A stretch of 64,000 nt of DNA from Felis catus (taxonomy: Eukaryota), in contig NC_058368.1 of NCBI RefSeq assembly GCF_018350175.1, forward strand, positions 180,794,001-180,858,000, read 5' to 3'. A program made the translations under genes and the position numbers. Below are positions 1-12,550 of this stretch, one piece after another. The notes beneath the pieces were generated by a model, which ran no database searches, was not told the origin of the DNA, and was given only the letters and a program-made list of their open reading frames with translations. How positions within the stretch are numbered: position 1 is the first letter of the stretch; the number at the start of each line of letters is the position of its first letter.

Positions 1-1632
1 CTCCCATGCATTTTACATGGCAGCATCTTGGCAAACCAGGATTTTGCTTCAAATTGGCTTAGAAAATTAAGGGCATACGTTTTCTCTGATTAAATGACCA
101 TGGAAAAATTTAAAAAGAAGTCTAACAAACAAGAAACTCATGCATAGCATCCATGCAAAAAGGAGCCCATCAAGTCAAAATGCTGTGAATTTTTATTTTA
201 TTCTTATGATACAGAAGGGGCTTGACTCATCTAGAGAAGCGTTGAGAAGTAGTAGCTGGTTAAACTACTTGAGACTCCAACAGAAGATTTCTTTTCCTTT
301 TTCTCTGAGTCAATCACAAGTAAACTCACTCATTAACCTCAAACCCTGCTAAAGAAGGAAACAAACAAACATAGAAAATCCCTCAACACCAAGTACCATT
401 TTTCAGGTTGCAATCAGTGGGATCCTCAGAGGCAGTCTCCCTATTTTCGATTGGTTTGGCTTTATTCCCAGGGGGAAATCCCAGCAAGGCTTTGAAACAG
501 AAATGCACTACACAGATAATTGCACTGCCTTAACTCCAAAGGTCAAGTTTTTGTCCCTACCCCCATCCCTCTCTGTTCTCCTCTCAATCTGTTTCCCACT
601 ATTTCCTCACAGTGCACCATTCAGCTAACCACCACAACTAATGGCTAACAGTACAGATGAGTTCTCTCTTGTTCATGAAGTCAGCTGCAGGAAACATTCT
701 CCTTGAAATCAAGCAAAACTATTGAATGGCCTCAACATAGTGCCGTGTGCAAAAAAGCAGAGCTAGTTATCAGAGAAACCAGGTGTTGACTGTTGTTCTA
801 CCGAGAAAATTGACCTCCCCAGTAAATAAACTCACAGGTATTCAGAGTAGTGGATGAAAATATTGATACACAGCCCATTAATCCCTAAAAGATTTTTAAT
901 ATCATACATGCAGTTGCTGAAATTTGATAAAAAGCCAGAGAAAGGATAGAAGCAGAGATGCACCTGGAGTGGGGATGGGGTGATCAGTGAGGGAGATCAG
1001 GTGTGCACTGGAAAATGGGAGATTTCATCACATTTTACTGGTCCTGGCTCTGCCCTTTGAAGCATCAGGTTTATTGTCTCTAAAGGAGTAAGTTTAATAA
1101 AGAGGCAGCCCATAAAGGGTACTGTAGCATGTAAAGTTACTGTAATTAGGTTTTCAGGAGTTATAATAAAACATTTAGCTGGAGAGAGGTTAAATAACCA
1201 CCACACTTTCTCGCATCATTATTATACTCTCCACTACAAGAAGGAATGATGGTGGTAGAAGGGAAACTCAATGGGTGGACTCCTGAGAGAGACATGGGGT
1301 ATTGAGAGACAGAGACAGAGAGAGGGAGAGAGAGAAGCATACATGATGGGATGGAAAAAGCAAGAGAGATAATGAGAAAGATGATATTGGATACTGTACT
1401 GTTCAACCACTTCTTGAATAGCAAAACTAAGTTATTTTAAGTGTTCTGTCTTTATTTTCCTGTTTGCAAATATAAAATGTGCACATTATAAAAAATCAAA
1501 TACATAAATTAAAAAATAGAAAAATTTTATATACATGTGAGACAGACTGGTAAACATTTTATGTCAGATGCTTTCCCTACATTTAAACATTCCTTTTTCT
1601 TATTACTTTTGACATGAATAGGATCATATCAA

Positions 1633-1762
1633 GGAGGCAGTATTAAGTGTGCATATTCTGAACTTGGACAGCCAGGATTTAGATCCTGGCTTTTTTTTTT
1701 TTTTTTTTTTTTTGAGAGAGAGACAGAGAGACAGAGAGAGAGGACAAGCAGGTAAGGGGCAA

Positions 1763-1830
<68 letters not shown>

Positions 1831-2140
1831 ATCCCAAGCAGGTTCTGTACTGTCTGGCAGAGCCCAACGCTGGGCCTGATCTCATGACTGTGAGATCATG
1901 ACCTGAGCCAAAATCAAGATTTGGATACTTAACTGAGCCACCCAGGTGTCCCCTGGCTCCTATTCTTATCACTGTATGACACTGGGTAAGTTACTTATCC
2001 TCTCTAGGTGGCCTCACCTGTAAAGTGAGGGAACATTTGTACCTTTATGAGCTTGTTTAGGGGATTGGGTGATTTTGTTCATGTGAGATGCTTAAAATCG
2101 AGCTTGATGTCCAGTGAATGGTCAATAAATGTAGCTACTA
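1633..2140 (+). mobile_element. MIR remnant, interrupted by a Can-SINE
   Basis: MIR core motifs (...gggtaagttacttatcctctct...cctcacctgtaaagtgaggg...tcaataaatgtagcta) continue on either side of the SINE. Confidence 0.7.
1692..1952 (-). mobile_element. Can-SINE with expanded (AG)27 tract at 1773-1826
   Basis: Poly(T), GA tract, gagatcatgacctgagcc...aactgagccacccaggtgtccc; short TSD ctggct. Confidence 0.95.
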
Positions 2141-2144
2141 ATCA

Positions 2145-2240
2145 CTGGAAGGCAAGAATCATGTATATCTTGGTCTTTACTAGATCTCCTTGACCTAGCA
2201 CAGTGCCCTAGCTTATTTAAAATATTTGTTGAATGCATGA
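2145..2240 (+). mobile_element. L2 3' end remnant
   Basis: gaaggcaagaatcatgt...cctagcacagtgcc...atatttgttgaatgcatga. Confidence 0.6.
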
Positions 2241-3299
2241 GCCATTCTAATTAGCACTGTGACTGGGACATTGCAGGCATCCCACTCCCCGAAACAATTT
2301 TATTAGGAAGGGAAGGCACTGAAGATATTACTAATATGCTTGTTCTCTCCTTCCAGTTGGGAATTTATGCTTGAGTTGAGAAATGAACTGTTGCTTTTAA
2401 CATAAAACTTTAAAAATGTTTTTAAAAAATTGCTACTTCCTAAGTTTGAAAAAGAAGCCAGTAACCCAATTAGTATAATTAAAAGCCCATTTCATTTCAC
2501 GATTCCCTAAGCTTAGACTCAAACCAATTTTGATTCAATGAAAAATAGGCTTTCAAGGTTTCTGATCCCTGAACCTTTTAGATCATAGGGGACCATCACT
2601 ACATTTGCATATGCCATGAACAACAGGAAAATCCTCTATTTTGCCCTCTTCAAAATTTGCAGTCATACCAAAAATACTCACAGCTGGAATAATTAGCAAC
2701 TCAATTTATTGCCTTCCGTTTTTTAAATAGAAGCTTCGACTCTTGATATTTAAATAGTGTCACACTGTGATATAACATAGCATTTTTCATGGTAAAACTT
2801 CTCTTTTTTCCCCCATGAAATGATATACTGCTCAGTGTGACAGGCAAGGTCTCTGGAGGTCACTAAAGAAACCTGGTGTTTTGTGAGCAAATCCATTTCA
2901 GAGTCTTTGGGATGAAATGAGGAGTCTTTTTTTTTTTCCCCTGGAGTTGTTAACTTGTTGACTTTTTTCAAGTTAATTGGTAAAAGTCTTGATACAGTAG
3001 AGGAAAAAAACAAAGACTTCTGACTCTGACTTCAAACTTGACCTTGAATTCACCATACACTATAATATGGGAGTATAGAGACAGCCATTTCAAATAGACT
3101 TGCATTTGTGTTCACAGGCAGCCAGAGGTAGATGAAGAAAGAATGCCCGCCATCAGATACAATCAACGAGCAGAATGATTTCTCCCATCGAGTTTATTGC
3201 CTGTACCATTCAGAGAGTCAAAGAATTTTCGAGCTGGAAGAAACCTTAGGGCATGTTCCTTTATCATATTCTGCTTCATGCTACTACATTTGTCCTGTG

Positions 3300-3665
3300 T
3301 GTTTGCCTTGTCTCTCCAGTCATATTACAAGCTTCCCAAAGGCAGATCCTATACCTTCCGCTTCCTGGTATCTTTCTCTGTTTATAGTAGGAGCTCACAG
3401 ATATCTGCTGAAGGAACACAGCAATTGTGGAACAGTGGAAATGCATAGGCTTTGGAGTCAGGCATATCCGAACTCAAATCTCAACTCTATCAGGAAGTGC
3501 ATTAGGTTTGGAAAGCCAATTAATCTCCCTGAGCCTCAGATGCTTCCTCTAAAAACTGGGTAAATAACAATATCTGCATTACAGAACTATGGGATGGGTT
3601 GAAAGAGATAATGAATACAATCTGTGAGCACAGAGGCTGACCCACAGGAGGTTTCTAACACATAG
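3300..3665 (+). mobile_element. L2 3' end followed by a MIR
   Basis: tagtaggagctcacagatatctgctgaagga, then ggctttggagtcag...aatctccctgagcctcag...aaaactgggtaaataacaat. Confidence 0.6.
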
Positions 3666-3724
3666 ATATACCATATTCCCTCTTTTCCTTCTAAAGAATT
3701 CAAAATCTAAAATAGGAAGGTACA

Positions 3725-3935
3725 GGGCGATTGGGTGGCTCAGTCGGTTCAGCGTGAGACTTCAGCTCAGGTCATGATGTCTGGTTCATGAGTTCGAGCT
3801 GCACATCAGGCTCTGTGCTGACATATCAGAGCCTGGAGCCTGCTTTAGATTCTGTGTCTCCCTCTCTCTCTGCCTCTCCCCCACTCACACCCTCTCTTAA
3901 AAAATGAATAAACATTAAAAAAATTAAAAAAAATT
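3725..3935 (+). mobile_element. Can-SINE
   Basis: gggtggctcagtcggtt...ctcaggtcatgat...gagcctggagcctgctt, CT tract, aataaacatt A-rich tail; flanking repeat aaataggaag. Confidence 0.95.
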
Positions 3936-3944
3936 AAATAGGAA

Positions 3945-4560
3945 GTCATGAGTCAACTAATATTTACTGAACATGGAATATGTATCATGTGGTACCAGAT
4001 GTTTTGGATAAAATGGTGAATAAATCCTCATCCTCCTATGGAATTACTAATCGGAAAGACAGATGGAATAAACAAAACTCAAGTCCAGGTAAACCAACAA
4101 GTACATTAAGTAATTACAAACCGAGAAGTGCCGTGAAGGAAAAGCGACTAAGAGGAAATGTGGGACTCCTGTAGAATGGTCACTCCTCTCTGACTCCTCT
4201 CTGAGGACATGATCAAAAAGGAGAGGTCTAAGAATAAGAAGGAGTTAATCATTCAAGGAGTGATGAAAGGGCATCCCTAGCAGAGGAAACAGCGTGTACA
4301 AAAGTCCTACATTGGGAAAGTTCTACTTTTTGAAGAAGTGAGAGAAGAACATGTGGCTGGAACCCAGTGCTCCACAGGGTGAGTGGCGGGAGAGGTAGGC
4401 AAGGGGAGAACTACACTATGCAAGGTTTTGAGGGCATGAAATCTGGATATTAATGCACATACAAAGGGTTTTAAACTATGTCTTCTTTTCGAGCAAAGGG
4501 TGACAGATCTTTAGAAGCATTCCATTTATAAAAGAATTAAGGCAGAAAAGACTCATTGGG
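3945..4560 (-). mobile_element. L2 remnant
   Basis: aatatttactgaacat...ctagcagaggaaacagcgtgtacaaaagtcct...atgtggctggaacccagtg...ttttaaact, typical antisense L2 blocks. Confidence 0.6.
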
Positions 4561-4669
4561 AATTCAGTTGTCTTCTGTGATAAAAAGGGTTGGTGGCCTT
4601 CTTTGTGCTCCGCCTCGAGGGTTTTGGTTTTTGTCCAGAATATTCTAGCCATCCTCATTATTACTATCA

Positions 4670-6040
4670 TTGTACATTTGGATATAGTCAGAAATCTCAA
4701 ATTTAACATGGCCAGAACACAACTCTTGATTTTCACTCCAAAGTGTCCTTCTCTTTCAGGTCTCACCCCTGTTGGTCAAAGAAGTAATCACCTATCAGTT
4801 GAGCAGGTGCCATCCCCAGAAAGTAGACTCTGAGAAAGAAATGTACATGCAGGAAGTTTTATTAGAAAGGGCTCTTGGGCACACCACATGTGAGGGATTG
4901 AAGAAAGCAGGCTGGGCATAGAGAGAAGCTAAATTGTGATGTTTTAAGGATTCTTTGGTCAATCTCATGGGGTGCTCTAGAGCTGTTGGTCTTGGGTCAT
5001 GGGATGGCTCTACAGAGCTGTTCCAATGTAATCTGAGAGAGCTGGGCCTTGTTAAACCTAGGGAGCAGTCCCCACCTGAAGTCCAGTCTCAGAGAAGAAG
5101 CTGACTGAGATGTGTGGGCCACCAACATTGCCAGCAACAAGGACAACTGTCAGTCCTGGTGTGTGACATCTGGCTGGGTGCCATGCCATTTACCTAACTA
5201 GGCTTCACCATGGTTCCTGTCCTTCCTATAACCCCCATTCATCATCAGTTCATTTCTCTCAGCCTGGAATAATACATACAGATATCCATCCTCTTGTTAC
5301 CACTTAAACCTTGTGCCTGGCTTACTGCATACAGCAGCCTCAAATAGGTCTCCCTATTTCCACATTGGCCATTTACATCCATGCTCTATGCAGGAGCCAG
5401 CCATTGTCTATAAACACGGATCAAATCATACTACTCTCCTGCCTAAAACTATCCATCTCCTTTATACTTAAAAGTAACCCAGCTCCTTATGCAGGTCTAT
5501 ATAGCACCTCATTATGGTGTACCTCATCTCTTCCTGTCCTCCACCGGTTATGTTCTTGAGACTTCCACCATACTTTTCCCTGTCCTTCAAAGATGCCAAG
5601 CTTCTCTGCATCTCAGGGTATTCTACATTGTGTTTCCCTCTAGAAAGTTCTTAACTCAGATCTCTGCATGACTTCTCCTCAGGAGACTGAAAGCAGTCTC
5701 CCTTCAAAACTCATTTCTCAGAAAGACTTTTTTGATCAGCTTTTTACTTTATACCCTACCTTGGCCAAGGCGGCAGCCGGGGGACTTTCCACCTCCAATG
5801 ACTGATTTTTGAGGGACGTAGAGTGATGGTATTCATATAAGGCCCTGCCATATCATCTGCTCCACATTTATGCTTTGAGTAGCTATCATCTTGCTTATTA
5901 CCTGCTTCACCCAACAGCATGCACTTTCCTTGAGGGCCCAGATTTAGTTCTCCCCACTGCTGTATCCCCACCCTCTGGAAGCATGTCCAGCAAATGTTTG
6001 GTGTTTGAACAATTTTTAGTAAATGAATGGATGAATGAGC
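4670..6040 (+). mobile_element. L2 remnant split by an LTR
   Basis: atctcaaatttaacatggccagaacacaactcttgattt...; ...gatcaaatcatac...ttccttgagggc...ccactgctgtatccc...aaatgaatggatgaatga. Confidence 0.65.
4795..5200. mobile_element. Ancient ERVL-type solo LTR (LTR16-like)
   Basis: ccagaaagtagactctgaga...tgcaggaagttttattag...gaaagcaggctgggcatagagagaagct...gtgctctagagctg...gggatggctctacagagctgt resembles the LTR16 consensus as recalled. Confidence 0.55.
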
Positions 6041-7236
6041 CAATCTAGATCTTGAAAACTTTTCTATATGTTCTCAGGTCCACACATCTATTTATTTATC
6101 CTGTGGTGTCCTCTTCAAGGAATGCCCTGTCACCCTGAGTTTCAAGATTTTGGTAAACAGGACCATGTTCTCATTATGCCTACATATGTTTTTTTTTTTT
6201 TTTCTTTTTTAAATCCTTTGAGAAACCTGCCATCTTTCTATTCTGAGGAGGCTTCTAGCACATTTTATGACAGTCTTCTCATTTTCTTGATCTTTTAGGT
6301 TGGAATTTTCCTCAACCTTTTTGTCATTCTTGAGGTATGTTAGCTATTGACTATTTCCATTGAGAACTCACAATAGTTTTTGAAATAGTGATAATGCACT
6401 TTTGATTAATTTTTAGGATTCTACTTAGTGATGCTGTGCATTCTTCAGCCCTTCCCCTCCTCTCTTTCCTCAGCAACCCAATGGACATCTATGTTTAGGC
6501 ATTAGTTTACACTAATCTCAGGGCCAGTTTCTGGTTTGTAACCAGGAACTCAGAGATAATCTTCCTACAACCCTGGAAGAATTTTTTTTTGGTAAATGTA
6601 CTTGCTCCTTATCTGTCACTTCTCTGCCCACCTACAGAGCAGTTTATCTTCATAGGTTTGATATCTCTGCAAACATAAAGATTTCATGGTGCATTTTCTC
6701 TTCCAAATCACTTTTAAAAGAATATGATGAGAACAGTTTTCATCTCTGAAAAATCTTGTGTACACCCTCCTCCACCCAGATAAGAATCCATTTATCTTTC
6801 TCTACCCTCCCTCCCCTGCCACCTCTGTAACAAAGGAGTCTCGTCTGATACACCTTTATTTCCTTATCTTTGGTGCTTCAACAACTTCAGGAAAATCTGA
6901 TGAGTTGCATTTACCAAGATGCTGAATGGGAATCATGTTTAAAATCTTCCAGATGCTAATATATTGCATCCTTGGATCCATTTAACAGTATTAATCAAAT
7001 CACATGTACTGGTATTTTGTGTGCTGCCTTCAAAGTTAACCATTCTAAAGCATGTTTTGGAAACTGGCATTTTTTCTTAGCATTTTCTTGGAAAAGATGG
7101 GAGCAAGAGATGGATTTTCCAAGCCTAACTATCTTGTTGCCTCTCCCTTGAGTAGACTTTTCATACTAAGGGGAATACATTGATTCTCTAGCTGTTTTCC
7201 TTAAATCAATTAATTAATTAATTAATTAATGAAAGA

Positions 7237-8005
7237 TTTCTCCTATTGAGGTGAAATTTGCATAACAAAATTAATCATTTTAATACATACTATTCAATGG
7301 CATTCAATGCACTCAAAATATTGTACAACCACCCTCCCTATTTTGTTCCAAAACATTTTCATTACCCCAAAAGCAAACCCTGTACCCATCAAGCAGTAAT
7401 TCCTAAATCCCTGTTCTCCTACTCCTAGCTTCTGGTAACCACTAATCTGATTTCTGTCTCTATGGATTATGGGTATTTCATATATATGGAATCACACTAT
7501 ACGTGACTTTTTGTGCTTGGCTTCTCTCTCTCAGCATATTTCAAGTTCATCTCCACTATAGCATTTATTAGCATTTCATTCTTTTTTTTTTAATATGAAA
7601 TTTATTGTCAAATTGGTTTCCATACAACACCCAGTGCTCATCCCAAAAGATGCCCTCCTCAATACCCATCACCCACCCTTTCATCCATCCCACCCCCCAT
7701 CAACCCTCAGTTTGTTTTCAGTTAGCATTTCATTCTTTTTAAAGGCTGAATACTATTCCACTGTGTGTGCATGTATATATATTGCATATACAACCATACA
7801 CACACCACATGTTGTTTATCCATTTATACATGGAGGGGCATTATATTGTTTTGGTCTTTTGGTTATGGTGAATAGTGCTGCTTGGTACATTTGTGTACAA
7901 ATATTTGAGCACCTATTTTCAATTTTGGGGGGAAATACATAGGAAAATTGCTCAGTTTTATGGTAATTCTATGTTAAACTTTATGGGGAACATTTAGCTG
8001 TTTTC
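7237..8005 (-). mobile_element. Old L1M 3' fragment, interrupted by a young L1
   Basis: tattgaggtgaaatt...aacattttcattacccc...ggtaaccactaatctgatttctgtctctatggatt...ggctgaatactattccactg...tggtaattctatgttaaact. Confidence 0.85.
7582..7721 (-). mobile_element. 5'-truncated feline L1 3' terminus (~140 bp) with TSD
   Basis: poly(T)-aatatgaaatttattgtcaaattggtttccatacaacacccagtgctcatccc; TSD ttagcatttcattctttt at 7568 and 7722. Confidence 0.9.
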
Positions 8006-8624
8006 TAAATGTAGAAAATGATCAACCTTGAATTCCTCAGCAAGGTCAAATTCTAGTTGGCCCTGAACATGTTGCTAGTCTCCTTTCATCTTACCCATGT
8101 TATAAATTTTTTTTTTTTGAAAACTTTCAAATTACAAGAACAAAAAGCATCACCAAAGAGCCATGTGGCAGTAGCCACAAAAACAGTAATAATACTTTAT
8201 ATCTTACAAAATGTGTTTTAACATGCCAAGTGAACAGACTCTCATTTTAGGAAAGAGGTTTTAGTAGAAAAGTACTAGGGTTTATATTCTAGCAAAGTGA
8301 TCTATCCATGACATTTTTATTAAAAAGTTTTTATTGTTAGCACATAATCCGAGCACTGTATTATAAACAGTACTTACTCACAGGCCCAAATATTGTAGAA
8401 CATGATGAGTGAATCTGAACATGGGTGGATTTCTTAAGTTTTGGCTCTGAGAGAGAAATTACATCTTATCCTAGAAGACAAATTCAGAAAGTCCTTCTCT
8501 AGAAAGAGTTTGAAGAAATTCTAGGTTTCCTACTTCTGTTGTGAGATCAAAGAGGGTCTGAAATATAAGATCTCAAAGTATCTTCTTCGGATCACCCAGT
8601 GTATTCATATATTACTAGCTTTAG

Positions 8625-8838
8625 GTAAAGAAAGCATTTCATGATATTTGGGAAATACTGGAGTGAAGAAAATTTAAGAGATTACTACAGAATCTTCACA
8701 AGCCTTTAATATTTTAAATATCTCAGTACTCTACAATATAATATTTATCATTCTGCTTATTTTATCAACTAAGTTTTATATCCACCTACTTTCCCAGTCT
8801 TAAAAAGGTATTCCATGGGGTACACCTTTGAGAAATGA
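8625..8838. mobile_element. Possible ancient hAT-Charlie (MER) remnant
   Basis: tttgggaaatactgg...tactacagaatcttcacaagcctttaatat...acacctttgagaaatg. Confidence 0.4.
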
Positions 8839-8974
8839 AATTCTAATTCATTTCCCTCTATTTCTGGATGAGTACACTAAGGCCCAGAAAGAAATTAAAA
8901 GGAAACAAACAAAAACCTCAATAATGGCTATTTCCTAGATTTTTGTAGGTTCTCAGGACCTAGTCACTTAGTGG

Positions 8975-9058
8975 AAAGAGTGAAGAAGGAGGGATGGAAG
9001 GAAGGAGAGGATGGAGGGAAGGAATGGAGGGAGGGAGAAAGGCAGAGAAAGAAGGAAG
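8975..9058. repeat. GGA/GGAA-rich low-complexity tract
   Basis: gaagaaggagggatggaaggaaggagaggatggagggaaggaatggagggaggg. Confidence 0.8.
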
Positions 9059-10404
9059 TTTTATTATGATAGAAAAATTAAAACGGGCAGATAAAGTATT
9101 TTATGTGATTTCTTCAAGGCTTAGAAAGAAAAACAAAACTGATTTATTCAATTTTTGCAAAGGTAAAAATAATTCTTAAGTCATTAAAGCAATCCTAAGA
9201 CGTAGGGATGGACAGAGGAGAAGGAAAACAAAGAAAGAAAGAAAACTACTCTTCATTTTTGTATTATAGATTTGCTTCCACATCAATAGTGTGTAGAGAT
9301 TTCTAGCATTTAATTTTGGGGCTCTGTTGCTTTTTTTTTTTTAAACACTCAAATAAAAGATAGTTATCTCTAATACAATTTATTTTCCCATTTGAATTTA
9401 CACAGACCCTTTGAGACATGAACAAATATACAAAGACCTATCAGTTTATTCACCCACATTTCTTTATATGTGTAATATCCATAGGTACAATGTTTTCTTC
9501 TTATTTAGCACTCTTCTTGAAATGATATAAGAGCTCTTTAGGGATATTAATTAAGCTTTATAGCAACCCCTGTGACATGTCTGCCTGCCTACATATATCT
9601 GTTGGACACTTAGAAATTAATGCTTTGCAGAAGTGTGCCATTTAAGTGTGTTTGTAGGCCAGCCACATACCCACTGACAATGCATTGAACAGATCCATAC
9701 ATTTCAGTCATCAAAAAATGCCATTAAAAAAGGCAATCATTATTTAGCATCAACACTAAATATTGCCATGGTGCTTAATATACTCTCAAGCAGATCCTGC
9801 AGTGTCCCTGTCACAAAACAAGTCCCAGGGAAGCAGGTTCTGAAAGTGTGGCTTCCTTGGAAGGCTCCTGGTTTCCTAAATGCTGGGTTTCCTAGGGCCC
9901 CAGGCAAGGCTTTTTAAAAATGCAAGTGTCAAGGAAAACTGTCATGCATGTTTGCCTTAAGTACCCGAAAAGCTTGTCACTGCCATCTTGGAAGTCTTGA
10001 CGAAGATGCGCTTGGACATGCTGAGGCATGGTAAATTGAAAGCTGCCTGACAGGGAGGTGGCATGTTAGACTAAAAGCCAGGTGCCCGCCTCCAGGCATT
10101 TTCTTTGCAAGCGGCAGAATTAAACAAAACTAAAGGAGAGTCTGGTTAGGAAAAGCTGTCTTTGCAGACATCTCAGAGGCTTGGACTTGAACTGGGATCC
10201 TTTCTGGCTCTTAGGTTTTGCTTGACAAAAGTTAAGTGGCTACATGAAAAGCAAAGTACGGTCTGCATTTCTGTGAGGGCAGTGGAAGGAGGGGAAGAGC
10301 AGTGTATGGAGAGGGTAGAGGCCAAGAAGGAAGAGGAAGGTCTAGGTCAGGGTCAGGCTGGAATAGCCTGCCTGTTCCAGGAGGCTGAACATGGCAGTGG
10401 TGAA

Positions 10405-10612
10405 CCAGCAAACTATTGGCAGCAAGGGGGTTCAGAGCCTGGTTGCCTCATCTGTAACCTGGGCAGCCTTGGGAAAATGATTTGAGGAATCTGGGTTTCT
10501 TTGTATGGAAAATGTTGAAAACAACTGAAATATTTCATAGGGATATTGTGTGTATTAAATGCGCTCAGCACATAGATGACACTAAGGAGACCCTCAATAA
10601 ATGTTGGCTTTT
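10405..10612 (+). mobile_element. MIR remnant
   Basis: ccttgggaaaatgattt...tcatagggatattgtgtgtattaaatg...ctcaataaatgttggct. Confidence 0.6.
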
Positions 10613-11149
10613 ATCTATCAATGAATCCCATAAATTGCCTACTTGAAGGATAGATCTTTTCTTCTTGTCCCACTCCCTTTCCTTCCTTCCCTTCTCCTTT
10701 CCTTTCTTCAACATGGAATGCTTTGGGTAAGTGCTGTAAACTTTTATTTCTTTTCTTTCTGGTATACCAGCTGATTTTTTTTCCTTCCTACTTCTCACTG
10801 CAACTGTGACCATAACACACCTTTGAAGACTCCCCATCCCATATAGAATAAACCATAAGGTGCTTCACTGTGTCTAGAAGGTGTCCCTGACATGGGCCAT
10901 AAGACATCTCTAGCATTGTCCTCTGAATTGTCCCCAGTTGATCCAGAATGCTTGCAAACTCTTGCTTTTCTGGCCTTATTCTCTTACCTCTTCCTTGAGA
11001 GCCCTTTCGATGGGGTATACTTTTCTATCAAAATGGGAATCAGACACTATCTACCTGGTTTCCCTGACCAGCGAGGTGTGGAAGTCCCCTACCATCATGT
11101 GCTCCCACGTTGTCCTGAGCTTCTGTCCATATGACAGTGTTTTATATTA

Positions 11150-11295
11150 ATATAAATTGTCTACTTAGCTGTCTTTCTCCCACTAGACTGTAACTGTCAA
11201 GGGACAGGGACCATGTCTTTTTCATCCTTTACCCTCAGCATCTTGCATGGTGGTCAGCCCCTAATAATAGAGCCTCCATAAATGTTGGCTGAATC
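11150..11295 (+). mobile_element. L2 3' end
   Basis: ctcccactagactgtaa...gggacagggaccatgtct...ataaatgttggctgaat. Confidence 0.7.
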
Positions 11296-12034
11296 AAGCT
11301 GAAGTCCTATGAACACAGCTGGTAATGGGATTACCAACAGGAGGTGGGAAATACAAAAAATCCTTATTTAGCATAAAATCGGAGTTTCAGATAAAGAAAC
11401 TATATAAGTTTGGCCTGAGGGCCTCTTATTGACAGAACCCTCACATACTTATTTCACAAAAGAGGCTGTCTTCCTTGCTGGATTTTCAAGCCCTTGATCA
11501 TAAACGCTCTCCTATAATAGTTAGAACAATAATCCTGCTGTACTAGGCATTTCTCCTGGGGACTCAGAAACTTGACTAAGTCATCTTAGATATTCTTATA
11601 ATATCCCCATTAGGTAGATAGAGGCAAGGTAGACAGGGAGAAGAGGCAAATTTAAACACTGCCAAATTATAAATGAGAAAACAAAAGGCAGCAAAGGTTA
11701 GGTATCTTGAATCACGTAGGCCACAGTGTAGCAAAATCTGGGAATAAAGAGAAAGAGCCCTACAGCTAGAACCAAGGAAAGTGAGTGAGTCAGATTTTCC
11801 CCACAGCTATACCTTTTTCTTATACTACACCTGGCACATGAGAAGGGAGTTGAGTTTCTAGAGTATTCTAATATTATTTAGTACATTGTCCCTTGAAAAA
11901 GAAAATTCTTTCAATTCTATGTTTAAAATCCAATACCATAAACTTCAGGGCTCTTATTTCAAGCTCATAAAAGAAAATTCAGGCCATTAAAGAATGAGGA
12001 ATAAAGAGAGACTACAGCATTTGAATTGAACATA

Positions 12035-12550
12035 ATTTGGCACAATCTATCAAAATTTAAAATGCACATTATATATACCCTTTGATCTAGCAATTTCACT
12101 TCCAGGAATTTGACTCTTGAATATAATCATGTAAGTATGCAAAGAAAGGTATATACACAAGACTCCTCATTACAGTTTTGTTTGTAAGAGCAAAAATGTG
12201 AAAGTGATCTAAGTGTCCATAAAGAAGAGACTGGTTAAATAAATTATGACAATCTGGAATATTACACATACTTTAAAGAACGAGGCAGCTCCACAAGAAA
12301 TTACCTGAAGTGATTTCCACAATATCTCATGAAGTTAAAAAAGGAAGTTGCCAAATGGTATGTATAATGTGATCCCATTTATATTAAACAAAAACATGCT
12401 CAGACATCCATAAACATTTCGGGAAATCTAAAATAATAAATCTTCAAAAGAGATTTCCTTGAAAATAGGAGCAGAAGGGCAGGACATCTTACTTTTCATT
12501 TTCTATCTTCCTGGTTGTTGAATATTTTTATCAAGAGAATGTATGCATTT
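12035..12550 (+). mobile_element. Old L1 (L1ME-like) 3' fragment
   Basis: tttggcacaatctatcaaaatttaaaatgcac...ccctttgatctagcaatttcacttccaggaattt...ctaagtgtccat...ggttaaataaattatg. Confidence 0.75.

Noticed and set aside
1649..1972. ORFs with RE/SL dipeptide runs (also near 42620-43105 and 60107-60756)
   Set aside because: Translations of SINE bodies and their GA/CT tracts.
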